DNA of 64,000 bases from Paraspadella gotoi (Eukaryota; Animalia; Chaetognatha), in contig CM119263.1 in the NCBI GenBank assembly GCA_051294375.1, positions 8,909,162 to 8,973,161 on the forward strand, in the 5' to 3' direction. How positions within the stretch are numbered: the first letter of the stretch is position 1; each line of letters begins with the position of its first letter. This document shows, in pieces, positions 27,901 through 40,888 of this stretch. A program made the position numbers and the translations under genes. The notes beneath the pieces are model-generated. The model was not told where the DNA came from, did not search any database, and saw only the letters and a program-made list of their open reading frames with translations.

Positions 27901-30009
27901 ATTCGTGACAGAAGACGCGTCGATGTTATCATCGGAATCGTTCTCAAAGTTAAACTCAGAGCTTCCAGGCGAATGAATTTCACCAGGCGAATCTAATTCC
28001 ATGTCCACATACGAATCCTTCTCGTCTTCAACAGGCAGCTTCGACTCGAGAACATCAGGCGAATTTAGATCAGCGTCAACGGGCGAATCGAGGGAAAGCG
28101 ATATTTGACGATCGTCGCCCGGTTCGCTCGCTGAAATCGATTTCTTAGGAAAAGTAGATCGAAGGCGCGATAAAATCGGATCATTGAAATCCGACGATGG
28201 GTGATAAAACTGGGATTGACGATGGGCGTGGCACTGATGACATAATTCGTCGTAGGATTGATGAAGAGACTTTTCGCTCGATAAGTGATGAAGATGTATT
28301 TCTGATTGACGAGAAAACTCTCCGTCTTGAATGTTTTTGCTGGGTTTTCGACAAAACGTTTTGGTGAATTGATGGCTAAACTCGTCACTGGATCGGTGAT
28401 AAGACGTTTCGTAGGATTGGTGATAACAACCATCGATCGAATAACTTGTTGAGAGACGTCGTAACTTTTGGGTCAATGAGCGAATTGGGATTCTGCGGAG
28501 ACGAAAATCGGGCGGGAAAAACGCCGGGGGATATGCCGGAGGATCAAACGGAGCATCGACCGGGTGACCAGCCGGTAATTCGGCCGAAGGATCAGCCGAT
28601 GAAAAATGCGTTGATGCCATTACATGCCACGACGAGTCAGCTTCTCCGTGACTCTTATCCATCCCATTATATGCCAAATAAATATTATTCGAGTAAAAAG
28701 ATTTTCGGTTTCCGCGCTTTGTAGAATCGACATGATTAGCCGGCACTATGACCCAGTTGCGACGAAGGCTTATTGCTGATATAGATAATTGATCCCGATC
28801 AAAACGGAGATCCGGTCCGATAGAGGAAGCGAAATGAGAAAACAAATGGCGATCGGAATGAAATTCGGATGATAAACTATCGAGAGTTGGACGATCAAAC
28901 TTGGTCAGAGTCGAACGACCCGAATGGATCATAGTTGACCTAATTTGTTCCAATGAGTCTTCATTCTTGGCCGACGTAGGCGTCGTAGTAGTCCTCAACG
29001 CAAAAATTGCCCTTTGGTGGCCTCCGTTGCCGCCTTTGCCGCCGCCCACGCCCCTGAACCCGCCCACGTCGTCGCCATATCTGTCTTGGTCGCCGCCGCT
29101 GCCGCCGCAGCCGCTGCCGCCGCCGCCAATAAATTTTTGCTCCGTCGAATTTAGATCTTTTGTCTTTGCGTCTCGCGACGACGAATTTCGTCTTCTTTTG
29201 TTAGTTTCTCCTTTATCGGATTTTTCTCTTTCCTTTTTATTTTCACGTTCGCCTTTTGTTTCCCGTTTTTCGAGTTTTTTCGACTTTGTTCTCGGTCCCA
29301 TTTTTTCGATTTTTTTCAGATTCTTCTTTTCCTCGACGTGAATTCGCCCAAAGGAGGGCGAAGCGTAGATCCTCCCTGAGTCATCATTATGCCCGAGGAA
29401 GAAATTATACTTCGGATCCGCCTCCCCCTTCTTCCTCCCGTCCTCTTCTTCCTCCTCCTCCTCCTCCTCCTCCTCCTCCTCCTCCCCCATTTCCTTCGCT
29501 TCATCCTCCCCGAGAGATTCCTCATTTTCCTCCTTCGTTCCGATATCTGGATAGAATTCGTCCTTCCCCTGCTTTTCTTTATTTTTCCAAGGGAAATCCC
29601 TAATTTCATTTTCGCCTTCGTTTTCTTCCTTGATTTCACAAACGAGGTTCCACATTTTGTTTTCTCTCACGACCAAGTTTATTTCTTTCTCCTTTCGATT
29701 TCCTCCCAAGTTTTCCTCGTTCACTTTCCTCGATTGGTTCTTTTCTTTTTCTCGGAAAACCTTTTCTCGCAATTCCATCCTTTCCTCACCATCGTCCTTA
29801 ACTTCCTTCCTCGCTTCCGCATTTATGAAGAGTTCTTCGTTTTGTTCATTCTTCTCTTCATCCACCACCTCACCCACCATTTTCTCCTCGTCCCCCTTCT
29901 CATCCTCCACCTCCTCTTCTTCTTCCTCCTCCTCCTCGTCTGACTCCTCGTCTTCCCTGTCGACGACTTCGACGGCGGACGACATCAGCAATTCTGATTC
30001 CGCCTCCAA
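24983..30009 (-). CDS. Giant (~5 kb) exon encoding ~1,670 aa of low-complexity protein with no recognisable domain
   Basis: Uninterrupted ORF 24979-30009 in an AT-rich background. First ATG at 29985. Ends at the consensus donor AAAGG|gtaagt. Contains poly-E, Gly-rich, poly-S, Leu-rich and basic blocks. Confidence 0.65.
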
Positions 30010-30707
30010 AAATTGTTATTTTTATTCTGAAAGAAAAGAAAAACGTTTGATAAGTCGCTGTGGTTCCTTGAGTATCGTTTTATTGCTGTTTAAAAAAAAA
30101 AAAAACTTTTTTAAAAAATGTATTGCATTCCATTCATCTACGGGAGTTTCTGATTAAAGACTGTCCCCCCCGCCCATTGCGTCTGTACCTAATAATTCAT
30201 ATATTATTAAATTTTATATTTTGTTCTTCAGACTCTTTTCTTATCAATTTTATCCTCGGAGGTTTGCCCAGATTTCGACACCGCCAGATATCATGCCGCA
30301 GATTGCAGGTGTGGTTCGAGTTCATTGGCGAAAGCAACATAGCGACTGCTGGCGACATCGCCCGGGTATTCGTCTGTGATTTCGCTAAGATTCTCGCCGG
30401 CAATTGCCCCAGTTATGGTATTTAATTCTGTGTTAGGCCAACAAAGTAAATCCTCAAAACTCAATCTAACCATAAACTAAAACCTGAGGTTAAAGACTTA
30501 GATGGAATAGAGCTTTGAGAAAAAAAGTTAAAAATGTACAAAACAAAGGAAAAAGTTAATGAAAGACAAAAGGGCGATGACGAAAAACAAAAAAAGAAAT
30601 GGAATGAAAACAGAAAGAAAATGAGGAATCATTGGAAGAAAGATAAGAGGCGGAAAACGTAGTTTAGAAACAAACAAGACCAAAATAAAAGGAAATTGAA
30701 TAATCCA

Positions 30708-30749
<42 letters not shown>

Positions 30750-31500
30750 CTCTATCTATCTATCCTCTCCCTCCTCTCTCTCTCTATCTCTCTCTCTCTC
30801 TCTCTCTATCATTGTTTTTCATATTCTTTCTGGATTTTTATTTTTTCTTTCTCCGTCTGTCCGTCTTTCAGAGAGTCTTTTATCAGCTTGCCCACCCTTC
30901 TTTTTTTTTTGGACTTTTTATTTGGCAAATGTCGACCTTCCAGCTATATTTTTGCCTTTCTTCTGCGCGTGCACTCTCTCTCTCTCTCCCTCTCTCTTTC
31001 GCTTTCTTTTCTTTTTTTCTTTTTTCTCTCATGTTCTTCTTCTCTATCAATTTCACCCGGTCTTTTCTCTGCACTCATCTCCTCTTATCTCCGCCAAAAT
31101 CTCGTTTTGCGCCAAATTTTTTAAAATTTTTTTTCTTCGAGGCATCATATAGCAAAGCCTTTTCTTCGTGACGAGTATTCAAATCACGTTTTTTTTTTAA
31201 ATTCTGTATGGCAATATATAGAAAGGAAATGTAAGGCAAAGTAAAAATATTACGCACGACAAATATCTTATGATTTTTAAATATACAATTTTAACTAAAA
31301 TCCCAAGTGTTACAAAGCCCCATTGACTTTCTGGTCACGTCACCGCATTTTTAGATGACAACACTACTATACAAGTATGAATCATGTGCATAACAAACCT
31401 GTAATGATATCTCACTGCTCTAATGAAATAACAAATTAGCTTTTAAAGTATAATATGTAAGATAGATCAGCAGACTGACAGAAGGAAAAAGTTATTTATT

Positions 31501-31536
31501 TGAGTTGCTCCGCAAGTACTCGCGGCGTAACTAAAA
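31501..31536 (-). mobile_element. Family A element, 5' fragment
   Basis: gagttgctccgcaagtactcgcggcgtaactaaaa is the reverse complement of the family A start. Confidence 0.6.
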
Positions 31537-33355
31537 ACGAGAAAAGAGACAAATTGAAAAATGGAATATGAAATACAAAATGAAACGAAACTCGTATAAA
31601 AGGAAGAAAGGAAAAAAAGAAGGAAATAAAAAAAAAATGAAGAAAAAAAACTATAAAAAATTGTATTTGTAAAAAAGCTTACCACTCTCTTTTACTTTTT
31701 TCCCCCTTTACTCTTCATAATCCTTCGAATCGCAGAACCGAGGTTAATCTCATGCGTCAAGTTTCAAGGTCCTTGAAATCGGAAGGATTTTGGCGTCACT
31801 ATTGACTACGAGAGAATATTTTTGTTTTATACATATTATCAATCTATTAAAAATGGAAGAAAAGATCTGAAATTAATAATATTAAGCAATAAATATTAAT
31901 CATTAATGGGAAAGCAAGACAAATAAGCTATCTTGCCCCTGACTTTGGACAGGCTTTGGTGGTTTAAGGCCTTCATCACTATTACAAGATATTTGTTTAT
32001 TTTGCTCTTTTTTCTTTCTTTCTTTTTTTGCCGTCTCAATGACTTTCGTATTTTCTTTCTATTCAATTTTTACAAATAAATTTTCAGTAAATTTTTTAGA
32101 CTTTTTTCTTTCAGGTATTCGGGAAATTGAACAAGAAATCTTTCATTAAATTTTTGTTTTGACTTTTGAGATTCAAATTCAAAATCTGTTACCAAATCCA
32201 AGATTGCCGCCTGGAATAAATTTTTCGTTTTCTTTGGAAATATTTTGCTTACAAAAAATTTTTCGACTTGATTGTCATAAAACAGACTGCTTGCATATGT
32301 ACTGTTTAATAAAACTTTTTTAAACCATTATTTTATAACAAAACCAATACACAATACAAATTTTAAATGCTTACTTTTGTTGGGACTTGGTTTTTTTAAC
32401 AAAATTGTTATTATATGTTTTTTAAGTATTATTCATATATACCTACATATTTTTTTTTAATTTAAATTAATTCAAGAAGCAAAAAAACTTTGCACTCATT
32501 CGCCGCTAAAATCCCCAAAACAAAGTCGTGATAGATTAACCCTTAAAGTTAAATCCTGAAAGTGAATCCAGGATTGGCGCGTTTCTAAGAGACCGCCGCG
32601 CCGGCGCCAACTTTAAATCAAGCTGTGCCAACATCACTCCTGGGGTGCCAAGTTTTCATCGATGGCGTTATCTTGACATCAACGCCATAATCTTTGGCGT
32701 CGTCCTCTTGACATCGACGTTCATCCCATCTTCAGTAATCCTTTTCTCCGTTTCCGGATTTGATTTCTATGTCATGACATTGAGAGAAAGTGTGAACCTC
32801 AAAGTAAAATGAGAAAATCAGCCCTCGACTATTCGTCGCGTCACCAAAACCTAAGCGGCGTCCCTGCGGCTCAGGCATCGTCACGGCGATGGTTTTTTTT
32901 TTCATTTAATATATGTTTTACAAAAATAATTAGATTAGAAAGATCTTTTTAAAAATACGCAGCAAAGTTAAAAATTTAAAAAAAAAAAAAAGATTTGCGC
33001 TAATAAGAGACGACAATCAAATTCTCATTAAAAGAGAAACGACTTAAATCCATTCCCAGGTCAATTGTCGCTTCCACCTTTGTTTTAAATGTTTTAAATA
33101 GATATTTCTACTTTATTATTATAACTAAAAGTAAGATCCCAAAGGTAGAGTTAAATATCTCCCATTAATGCTTCAGTAACCATCACAGGTATGATTTATA
33201 TCATAGTTGTGAAAAAAGAAAAAAAACCTTTTTTTATTAAACTTTTCACCCAGATTATCGAAGTGAAAGATTTTCATTCCATCAACCTGGAGGCAACAGC
33301 CGAGTCTGTCAACGACAGAAGCCCGGTGGTTTGGTTTTGACAATCTCTCTCTCTC

Positions 33356-33484
<129 letters not shown>

Positions 33485-33909
33485 TTTCTCCAATCCACTT
33501 CACATTCAATTTTTCGTTTTCCCCTAATTTACTCTCCCCTTTTGCTCCTTAAACTTCAATCTTTCGCCGGGTAAAGTTCGCCTTTCCTTTCGCTTTTTGC
33601 CGCCCAACAATCTGCCATTTTGAGTTTAACCCTTGTCAACTCTTCCCGAATAAACTTTTCTTTAAGGTTAACCCTATTTTATCAACTTCTTTTAGAATTT
33701 TCTCTCTACCCATTATCACCCTTTTCATTCTTCAATTTTCCGAATTTCCTCCGCATTAGTGCCCGGTTCACTGGATCAGTGATTCTTTGAAATGACGTAT
33801 TACCATTTCACTGTTCCCCTTTCCTTCTTTCCCTATCCCCCCATAGAATTCTCTCTCGCTCTCTCTCTCTCTCTCTCCTCTCTCTCTCCTCTCTCTCTCT
33901 TCTCTCTCT

Positions 33910-33984
<75 letters not shown>

Positions 33985-35007
33985 CCCCTCTCCCCAATAT
34001 CCTTTCCGTACGAGGCGCGACGTTGAAAAAGCGCGAGACATTTCAAATTTAACGGTTCAAAAAAAACCGTATTATTTTTCTTTGTTTCGACGACGGCAAC
34101 TGGTCGGTCGGTTCTAGAGTCAAATTGAAAAATCACTTTCCCACTTTTCATTTTACTTTGCGGCGCGATTTTTGTGAAATGGCGGCGACGTATTCTCGGC
34201 TCTCCGTTTCCAATTCGTCTCCCCGAGGACGAAATGGTGTCATCGTTTCAAAAATGATTATTATTCAAGTATTAAAATCATCTATATTGACGTAAGTCGA
34301 AAGAATTAGGAGATTATTATGTTTAGGCTGCACAGTAGGGGGCGCATTGTAACTCAACAAGTTGCATAGAGGATGCCACCCGTCACATTGCACTTTTCAA
34401 CACCGGAAGCACGGTTGAGACGAAACGATTCAACTCCCTCAGTTTCTCTGGAAAAGATCGGCCGCATGGAACCGTAGTTTTTTTTTTTCGATACAAATTT
34501 ATTGTACATCATTAGTTTCGCCATTTATTTACCTCTACTATAAATAAACTTATTCACGATTTATTCGTCATTTATTCGAAACTTACGACATTTGAGATTT
34601 ATAAGTCCTTGCTCCATGTTAAAGTCAGTTCAACCTACGGCTGACGAATGGAGGCAATGAAAATAATAAACATTTTCTACATATAGTGTTCCAAAGTCAT
34701 GGCTTTTGAGGATCTCGAAAAAATAGAAACGCAATGACTTATTGTCGCATTATTTTTTTATTTATTTATCCCTTTTACGTGATATGTCAGTTATAATCAG
34801 TAGCTTTTACGAGGGAGTCGAACATCAGTTTTTTTTTATTCTCAACTTTTCTTGCGATTTCTTTTCATGTTTCCATGTCTTCTTTTGTCTTAGCTCGTCT
34901 TTTTCGTCTTCTTTATCTTGTAGCATGCCTTTGTTTTCTAATTACTTCGGCACGTCTTTGTGCTAATCAATTTTAAACTGCTTAAATTTAAAACAGAATT
35001 CTTAGTC

Positions 35008-35191
35008 TGTTACACGGATTTCAGATGGGAGTGAAATGAAAAGATTTGTTATANNNNNNNNNNTTGTAACTCTCAACTAACTGACTGTGATTAACTTTTG
35101 TTCGTTTATTTAGTTTATTATGTTCCTATAAAGCAAATTGCACAGTATTTAATCCTTTCATTTCACTCCCATTTGAAAATCCGTGTTTACA
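35008..35191. mobile_element. MITE with ~40-bp terminal inverted repeats (TG...CA ends)
   Basis: Left tgttacacggatttcagatgggagtgaaatgaaaagatt; right end reverse-complemented tgtaaacacggattttcaaatgggagtgaaatgaaaggatt. A 10-N gap lies inside. Confidence 0.7.
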
Positions 35192-36528
35192 ATCTATTTT
35201 CTTATTCACCTTCATCGTAATGTTTTGTAAAAAATCCTTTTCGTTCATTCCCTCTTTCCTTTTCAATCATCTTTTCATTCCTTTATAATCTTCTCCGTTT
35301 TTCTTTTGTCTCGCTTCTCATCCCATTTAAATCTCCATTCATTTTCCTCTTTCTCTTTTCTCTTAACCTTCTTCTCCGATTCGCCCCGAAACTTTTTCAA
35401 TTTCTCTACTTCATTGTGATTTACTTTTTCCTACTACTCATTCCGATTTCAACAAGGTTGTAGACTAAAATGGGTCTCTCTCTCTTTCTCTCTCTCTCTA
35501 TCTTCCTTCTTTCTTCATTTCTTTCTTTTTTTTCTCGTCAGTTGCCACCAGGCATTTTCAAATTAGACAGGGGAATCCTTTACCATCTCTTTGCGGAAGA
35601 AGAATCTTAAGGAATCGGAATCTCTGAGTGAATGGCTTCAAGTCCTTCTCGGTTTTTACATTATAAGTACTACTTGAATGTTGCTTGTACATGCGGATTT
35701 GCGGTTTTATTTATGTTGTAAAATCCCTTGTTCGTATTTTTATTGTTGAGAACACAATATTTGTTAACTTTTTGTTTCTTTTTGTTTCTCTCATTTTATT
35801 TTTATTTTTACTCAAATCAAGTACATGTATGCATACGTATATATAAATTTGAGATCTTTCATTCTTTCTTTTTATTTTTTTTACTAATTTTACCAAACGT
35901 GTGATAAATAAGAATTATTTTATAGGCTTATGAAAATCTTTACAATAAATTCTCTTAATTTTTTTTTCTTCCCCCATTTTTTTTTTCGATTTCATTTTTG
36001 ATTCCACCCTCGATTCTCTCCGTCTCTTTTCCCGATTCTTTCCTTTCCTCCATTCCCGCCTCCCTCCGATTCTTCCTCACGATTTTTCTCGACTTCACCG
36101 CCTCAGTTCTGATGAGAGTTAGGAATCTCATTTCAACTCAGGTTAACCTTTACATTCCATTTGATTTTTTTTTCCCCCTTTTTTTTTCTTTTTTTTTTTC
36201 AGTTTAATTCCGGTTTCTTTATTTCTCGGTTTCCGTTTGCCTTTTTTTTTTTTCAATTTCTTTTTTATTTCCTTTTCCGTTTCCAGCGCGAATCTCTTGA
36301 TTAATTCACCGATATTCCTCATCCGCCCGAGATTAGTGGCCCAATTACGTCCTTATCCTTAGTTTACGATCTATACATACATACGTCGTTACTTAAATTG
36401 AACGAACTACGTACGACGACGACGAACACGACGACGATAACGAACAGAATAACCGTTCGACGTCAAAACAACAAAGACGCGTAATTGATGGCTTTTTAGG
36501 TTATTGGGGTTTTTTTATTTTTAACGGA

Positions 36529-36599
36529 TGGCGGTGGCGTTGGGAGTGGCGGTGGCGTTGGGAGTGGCGATGGCGTTGGGAGTGGCGATGGCGTTGGCG
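36529..36599. repeat. 18-bp tandem repeat, about 4 copies
   Basis: tggcg(g/a)tggcgttgggag repeated. Confidence 0.9.
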
Positions 36600-37682
36600 A
36601 CGCAATTTCGACGCAGGAATCGAAAGTCCCCGGATGGAAATGACCTTGGTTAATTGCTGATAATATCCGCCAAGGAATTAAGCAACCTGCTTCCTTACAA
36701 AAATAAAAAAAAAATGATTTAAACTAAAACTAAATAAAAATACGCGCGCACATAAGCGCGAGCGCTGAAATTTAAAAAATAAGCTTCGGATACGAAATAA
36801 AAAAATTCGTGATATCAAAACAACGAGAGTTTTAAATAAATGAGATTAAACAATTTCGACGAAAAGTGGTGGAGCTGTTGACGAGAAAGTCCCGCGGTTC
36901 CATCCGATGCTACGGGCTGTCGTTGTTTTCCTTTATGCTTTTGTTGATGTTAAAATCCTTTGATCTAATTTGATTAGGGAAATTTTTCACGCGGCGTTGG
37001 AACGCAAGGTCTTTTTTTTCAGGTTTTAAAAACGTTTTTTTTTTTTAAGTTTTAATGTTTTGCTGCTTTAGTCGCATCTCAGTCGGTATTAAAAAAAAAA
37101 TAAGAAAGCTCCGTGAAAAATGAAAGAAATGAAGAAATAAAAACGATTTGTTGAGAAAACTCAAACAAAAGAAAACAAACCCCAAAAAAAAACAACCCAG
37201 TCCGTCCGCTTTAAAACGAAAACCAAAGGAGGGAGCGAAACTCAATTCAATCAGAAAAACAAACGCATCAACGATACTAACAAAATAACAATTTGAGAAA
37301 TGCTCCGAAGGCGATGAGAAAGCAGGGGTGTCGGGGGCAGGGGCGAAGAGTAAATCGATACAAGGGGGGGAAAAAATGTTGTCGTAGTTTATAAATTCGT
37401 CTTTCTCTTTCGAAGTTCGTCTTTCTGTCTTAACTTCGTTGAGTTTCGTCACTTCTCAGCTCATGATTGATAGCAAACGTTGCCAATCGGTTCCGTTCGA
37501 TTCCATTAATTTGATTCCATTTAATTCGTTATTCTTGTTCTTTTCCATTCAAATTGGTCATTTTGTTTCCTCCTTTATTTCGCGTTTTTGTTCGAAGAAG
37601 GAAATTCGCCGAGACACGCCTCCGTCGCGAGAGGGAGAGAGAGCGAAAGCGAGAGAGAGACAGCGTGCGTTCGTCGTCTCAC

Positions 37683-38421
37683 CAGGCGTCGTCGTCCCCG
37701 GCGTCGTCGCGGTCGTTGTCCGGGTCGCCCGGGCAACGCGCGGCGACGAGAGAACGTCGCTCGTCTTCTCCTGGGAGTTCGGTACCGATCAAGAGTGCAA
37801 AGGTCTTTCTGCGAGGAGACGAGGGATCTGGGTGCGCAGGTATACGAAGGCAAGTGACCGTAATAGAAAAATTGGAAATGACTTTTCATTGAAAGAGCTT
37901 TTCATGATAGTGCTCTTCTATTAGGTGTTAAAAGATTTGTGTTGCGGACAAGAGCTATTTTAAAATGTGCCAGGGTGAAAATATCATTCTGTCAGAGGAT
38001 AATAAATTTCAGAGCCTTTTGTATGACAAGTTGAAAAATATAGAGTTAGTCCGTATGCGGCAGAAAATTTTTTTTTGTAAGAAAACAAGTCATAGTTGAC
38101 ACTAGACAGTAGACACTTGCACCCAGTCTAGTAGACAGTACCGAGTCCAAAGCCTTTCTATGAGAGGAGGAGAAATGTGAGACCCCGACCGTGGGTGCAA
38201 AAGGTCTTTCTGTTAAAGGACAACAACTGGTAGACGTCGACTGCGCGTTCAAAGGTCATCACAAGGAAAGAGGAGAATCGAGCCGCGTCGCTCAAGAACC
38301 AAATCGTTTTTCGTTTAAGGAGGGAGAAACTTTTTTTTTTTTTTGGTCGGTGCGAATTTAATTTTATGCAGAGGGCGTGGATATGTGTCGATCGAAGGCA
38401 ATCTACAAACCTTTTGGGCAA
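37683..38421 (-). pseudogene. Decayed class A (peptide-receptor-like) GPCR fragment, TM3-ICL2-TM4-ECL2
   Basis: HALCIKL...WFLSDAARFSSFLVMTFERAVDVYQLLSFNRKTFCTHGRG resembles the LVAMTFERxIAVxxPL...CT pattern. Downstream SLAFVYLRTQIPRLLAE resembles the TM4 end (NIPRFFE type), followed by ARCPGD. Stops and frameshifts are present. Confidence 0.45.
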
Positions 38422-40888
38422 AGGCCACCGAGATAACTAATAACGAGAGGGTTACTGTATGATGGTTGATTTTTTAATCATTAGTATTATTGTTCAGTCA
38501 TTGATATTGTCACAATTATTTTTATTATGTTATAATCATTTTTTCTTCATAAGATGTCTCGCTGTATATATTTATTTTTTATTTCTAATTTGAGAAGCGA
38601 CCTGACAGACAGAGAGTTGAAGAATTGAGATTGTACAATGTACAATCTTATTTTTTGGAGGAACGTCGCTGGATCCCGATTGAAAAAAAAACTATCCTTT
38701 GGAAGATCAATCATTCTATGCTCGGGGTCAGGCTCTTCGACCCGCTCCCTTCTCAGAGTTCCGCGTGAGGTCGCGGCGTTGGGAATTCGTCACGTGACAC
38801 TCTTTTCGTTCCAGTCACGATAATGTGGAAAGGGTTTTATAACTGGTCAGTCGATATTTTATCATCGATCGGGTAAATACTTATAAATTTTTTTTAGGGG
38901 AGGTTAAACCTTTTATCTTTTATTAAAAAAAAAAACTTAAAGAGAGAGACGAAAGTTTTCGTGGTAAAAACAAAGATTTTATTTAAAATAAAAATCGGTC
39001 ATGTTTCGACTCATTGAATCAATGATTGATTTCGAGTCTTCATCAGCGTTGATTTTTATTTTAAATACGTTTCTCTCTTAGATTTGCACACACAAAAAAA
39101 AGAAAGGTTAAATATAATTAAAAAGAACTATATTATTTACAACTTATCAGATTTTTTTGTTATATACGTTTTTCAAAAGTTCACAAATTTCTCATCAATT
39201 TTTTTTTCTCGTTGAGAAAATGAAGAGACTTTTTCAATTTCCATGTTCTAGTCGAGGTCGTGGTCGTCGTCATGATCGTCGTCGTCGTCGTCGTCGTCCT
39301 TCTTTATAGCAGTGTCATCCTCCTCTATCAACTCCCCCCCCCCAATTTCCGGCCCCAAATCTCCGGTGATTTCTGAATCCTATTTATGGCTTCGGCATCC
39401 AATTTTCTGCTTCCGGTTTCAGTTCCTCTTTCGCTCTCTCACAACCTTAAGAGCTTCGCTTTCAAGTCTTCATTTTTGTTCCCACATTTTTGAGATCTTA
39501 ACTTTTGCTCCTCACAACGCCTCAATGTCCGCTCACAACTTATTCGCTTTTACTTTTTCACATCCTAGATAGGGCTTCTTTCTACGTATTGTCACGTCTC
39601 GTTCACCCTTTGGCTTCTTTCCTTCGCTCTCAGTCTTTTTATTGAAGCTCTTTTCTTTCGAGGTTGCCGAGACGCATATATTGGTTCTCCACTCCCTGAA
39701 GTACCAGAGAGATACTTAAGTATTGGGAAGTAGAATAGAAAAAATTTTAAAGTAGAGGAAAGTAAAGAAAGTTTCGATTTTGGAAGAATACTAAGGTTGA
39801 GTAAATGCGTAATTTTTTTTCTTAAATCACTGCCTGTTTCGATTCGGAATATCTGTAGATAGGAAAAAAAATAGAGTAGAGATCATTTCTCTTTTTCGAC
39901 AGATTGACGGGACATTAATTTATTGAAAGACTTTTAAACCCACATCTTAACTTTCTTGAATGACTGTCGAAGACTTTTTTGTATGAAATAGATTTTTAGT
40001 TCATTAAAAGTAATAAATCTCAAGTGAGCTATTATTTAGAATATTGGCGTCAAAGACAAGATCATCCCTGAAACAAATAAAACAGTTTCTTTTATAAGTT
40101 GATCAAAGGCCAGAAAAACCTGCCGAATTCTTTTTCCACTCAGCATGCGTAATATTTTCACAAATGAATTTCGTTTCAAAAATATTTCAGTTTTTAAGTC
40201 TTTATTAAAACAGGTTTTATTTTTTCTCCGTCATTGAATTTTTTAATTGCTAGTTATAAAAAAAATTAGAGAGTGACAGAGAAAGAAAGAGAGAGAGAGA
40301 CAGAGAGAGAGAAAAGAAAAATAAAAGAGTGCTTAGTAATTATATCTCATTATATTTCTATTGTGTCCTATTAAATATTAAGTTATATTTTTATATATTA
40401 TAATTATCATCCTATTAAAAACCTTTTAGACGACAGCAATATGATTTCTTTATTTGTGGCCTTTTAATTTTGAATCTCCATCAGTGGTGTTATTCAATGT
40501 ATTGTCATATTTTTTTGTTCGTTTTTTAATTTTATTATGAAATAATTAAACTAGGTCGTCCTTAGTACAAAAAATCTGAATCCGTCCAAGAATTTGAAAA
40601 TCTGACGGAATGTTTTTCTTGCTTCACTTGAATTTAACGTTGGATCTAATCAGCAACCAGTTTTTGTGGCTTTCATAGGTTTTTGAACCGAAATAATGAC
40701 TACAGATTAGGCAAGATCATGCAAAAGAGAGTTCTGAGGTTATCGTGATATTTCGATCATGTTTCTAAAATTTGAGCGTCAACTACGACAAATTTAAGTC
40801 ATTTTTAATTTCATTTTCACAAATCTAACCGGGTTAAATAATTTATTATTATTATTTTTTTAAATCCTTCCTCTACTCCTCCGTCGTC

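Noticed and set aside
25039-30157. Plus-strand ORFs overlapping the giant exon
   Set aside because: Antisense shadows of a stop-poor, low-complexity coding region, with no domain signals.
37683-37827. Metacaspase-like KTFALLIG or homeodomain-arm-like RRRRATFS readings of a minus-strand exon candidate
   Set aside because: Very short motifs with no catalytic His/Cys dyad or homeodomain helices following. The GPCR-relic reading fits the surroundings better.
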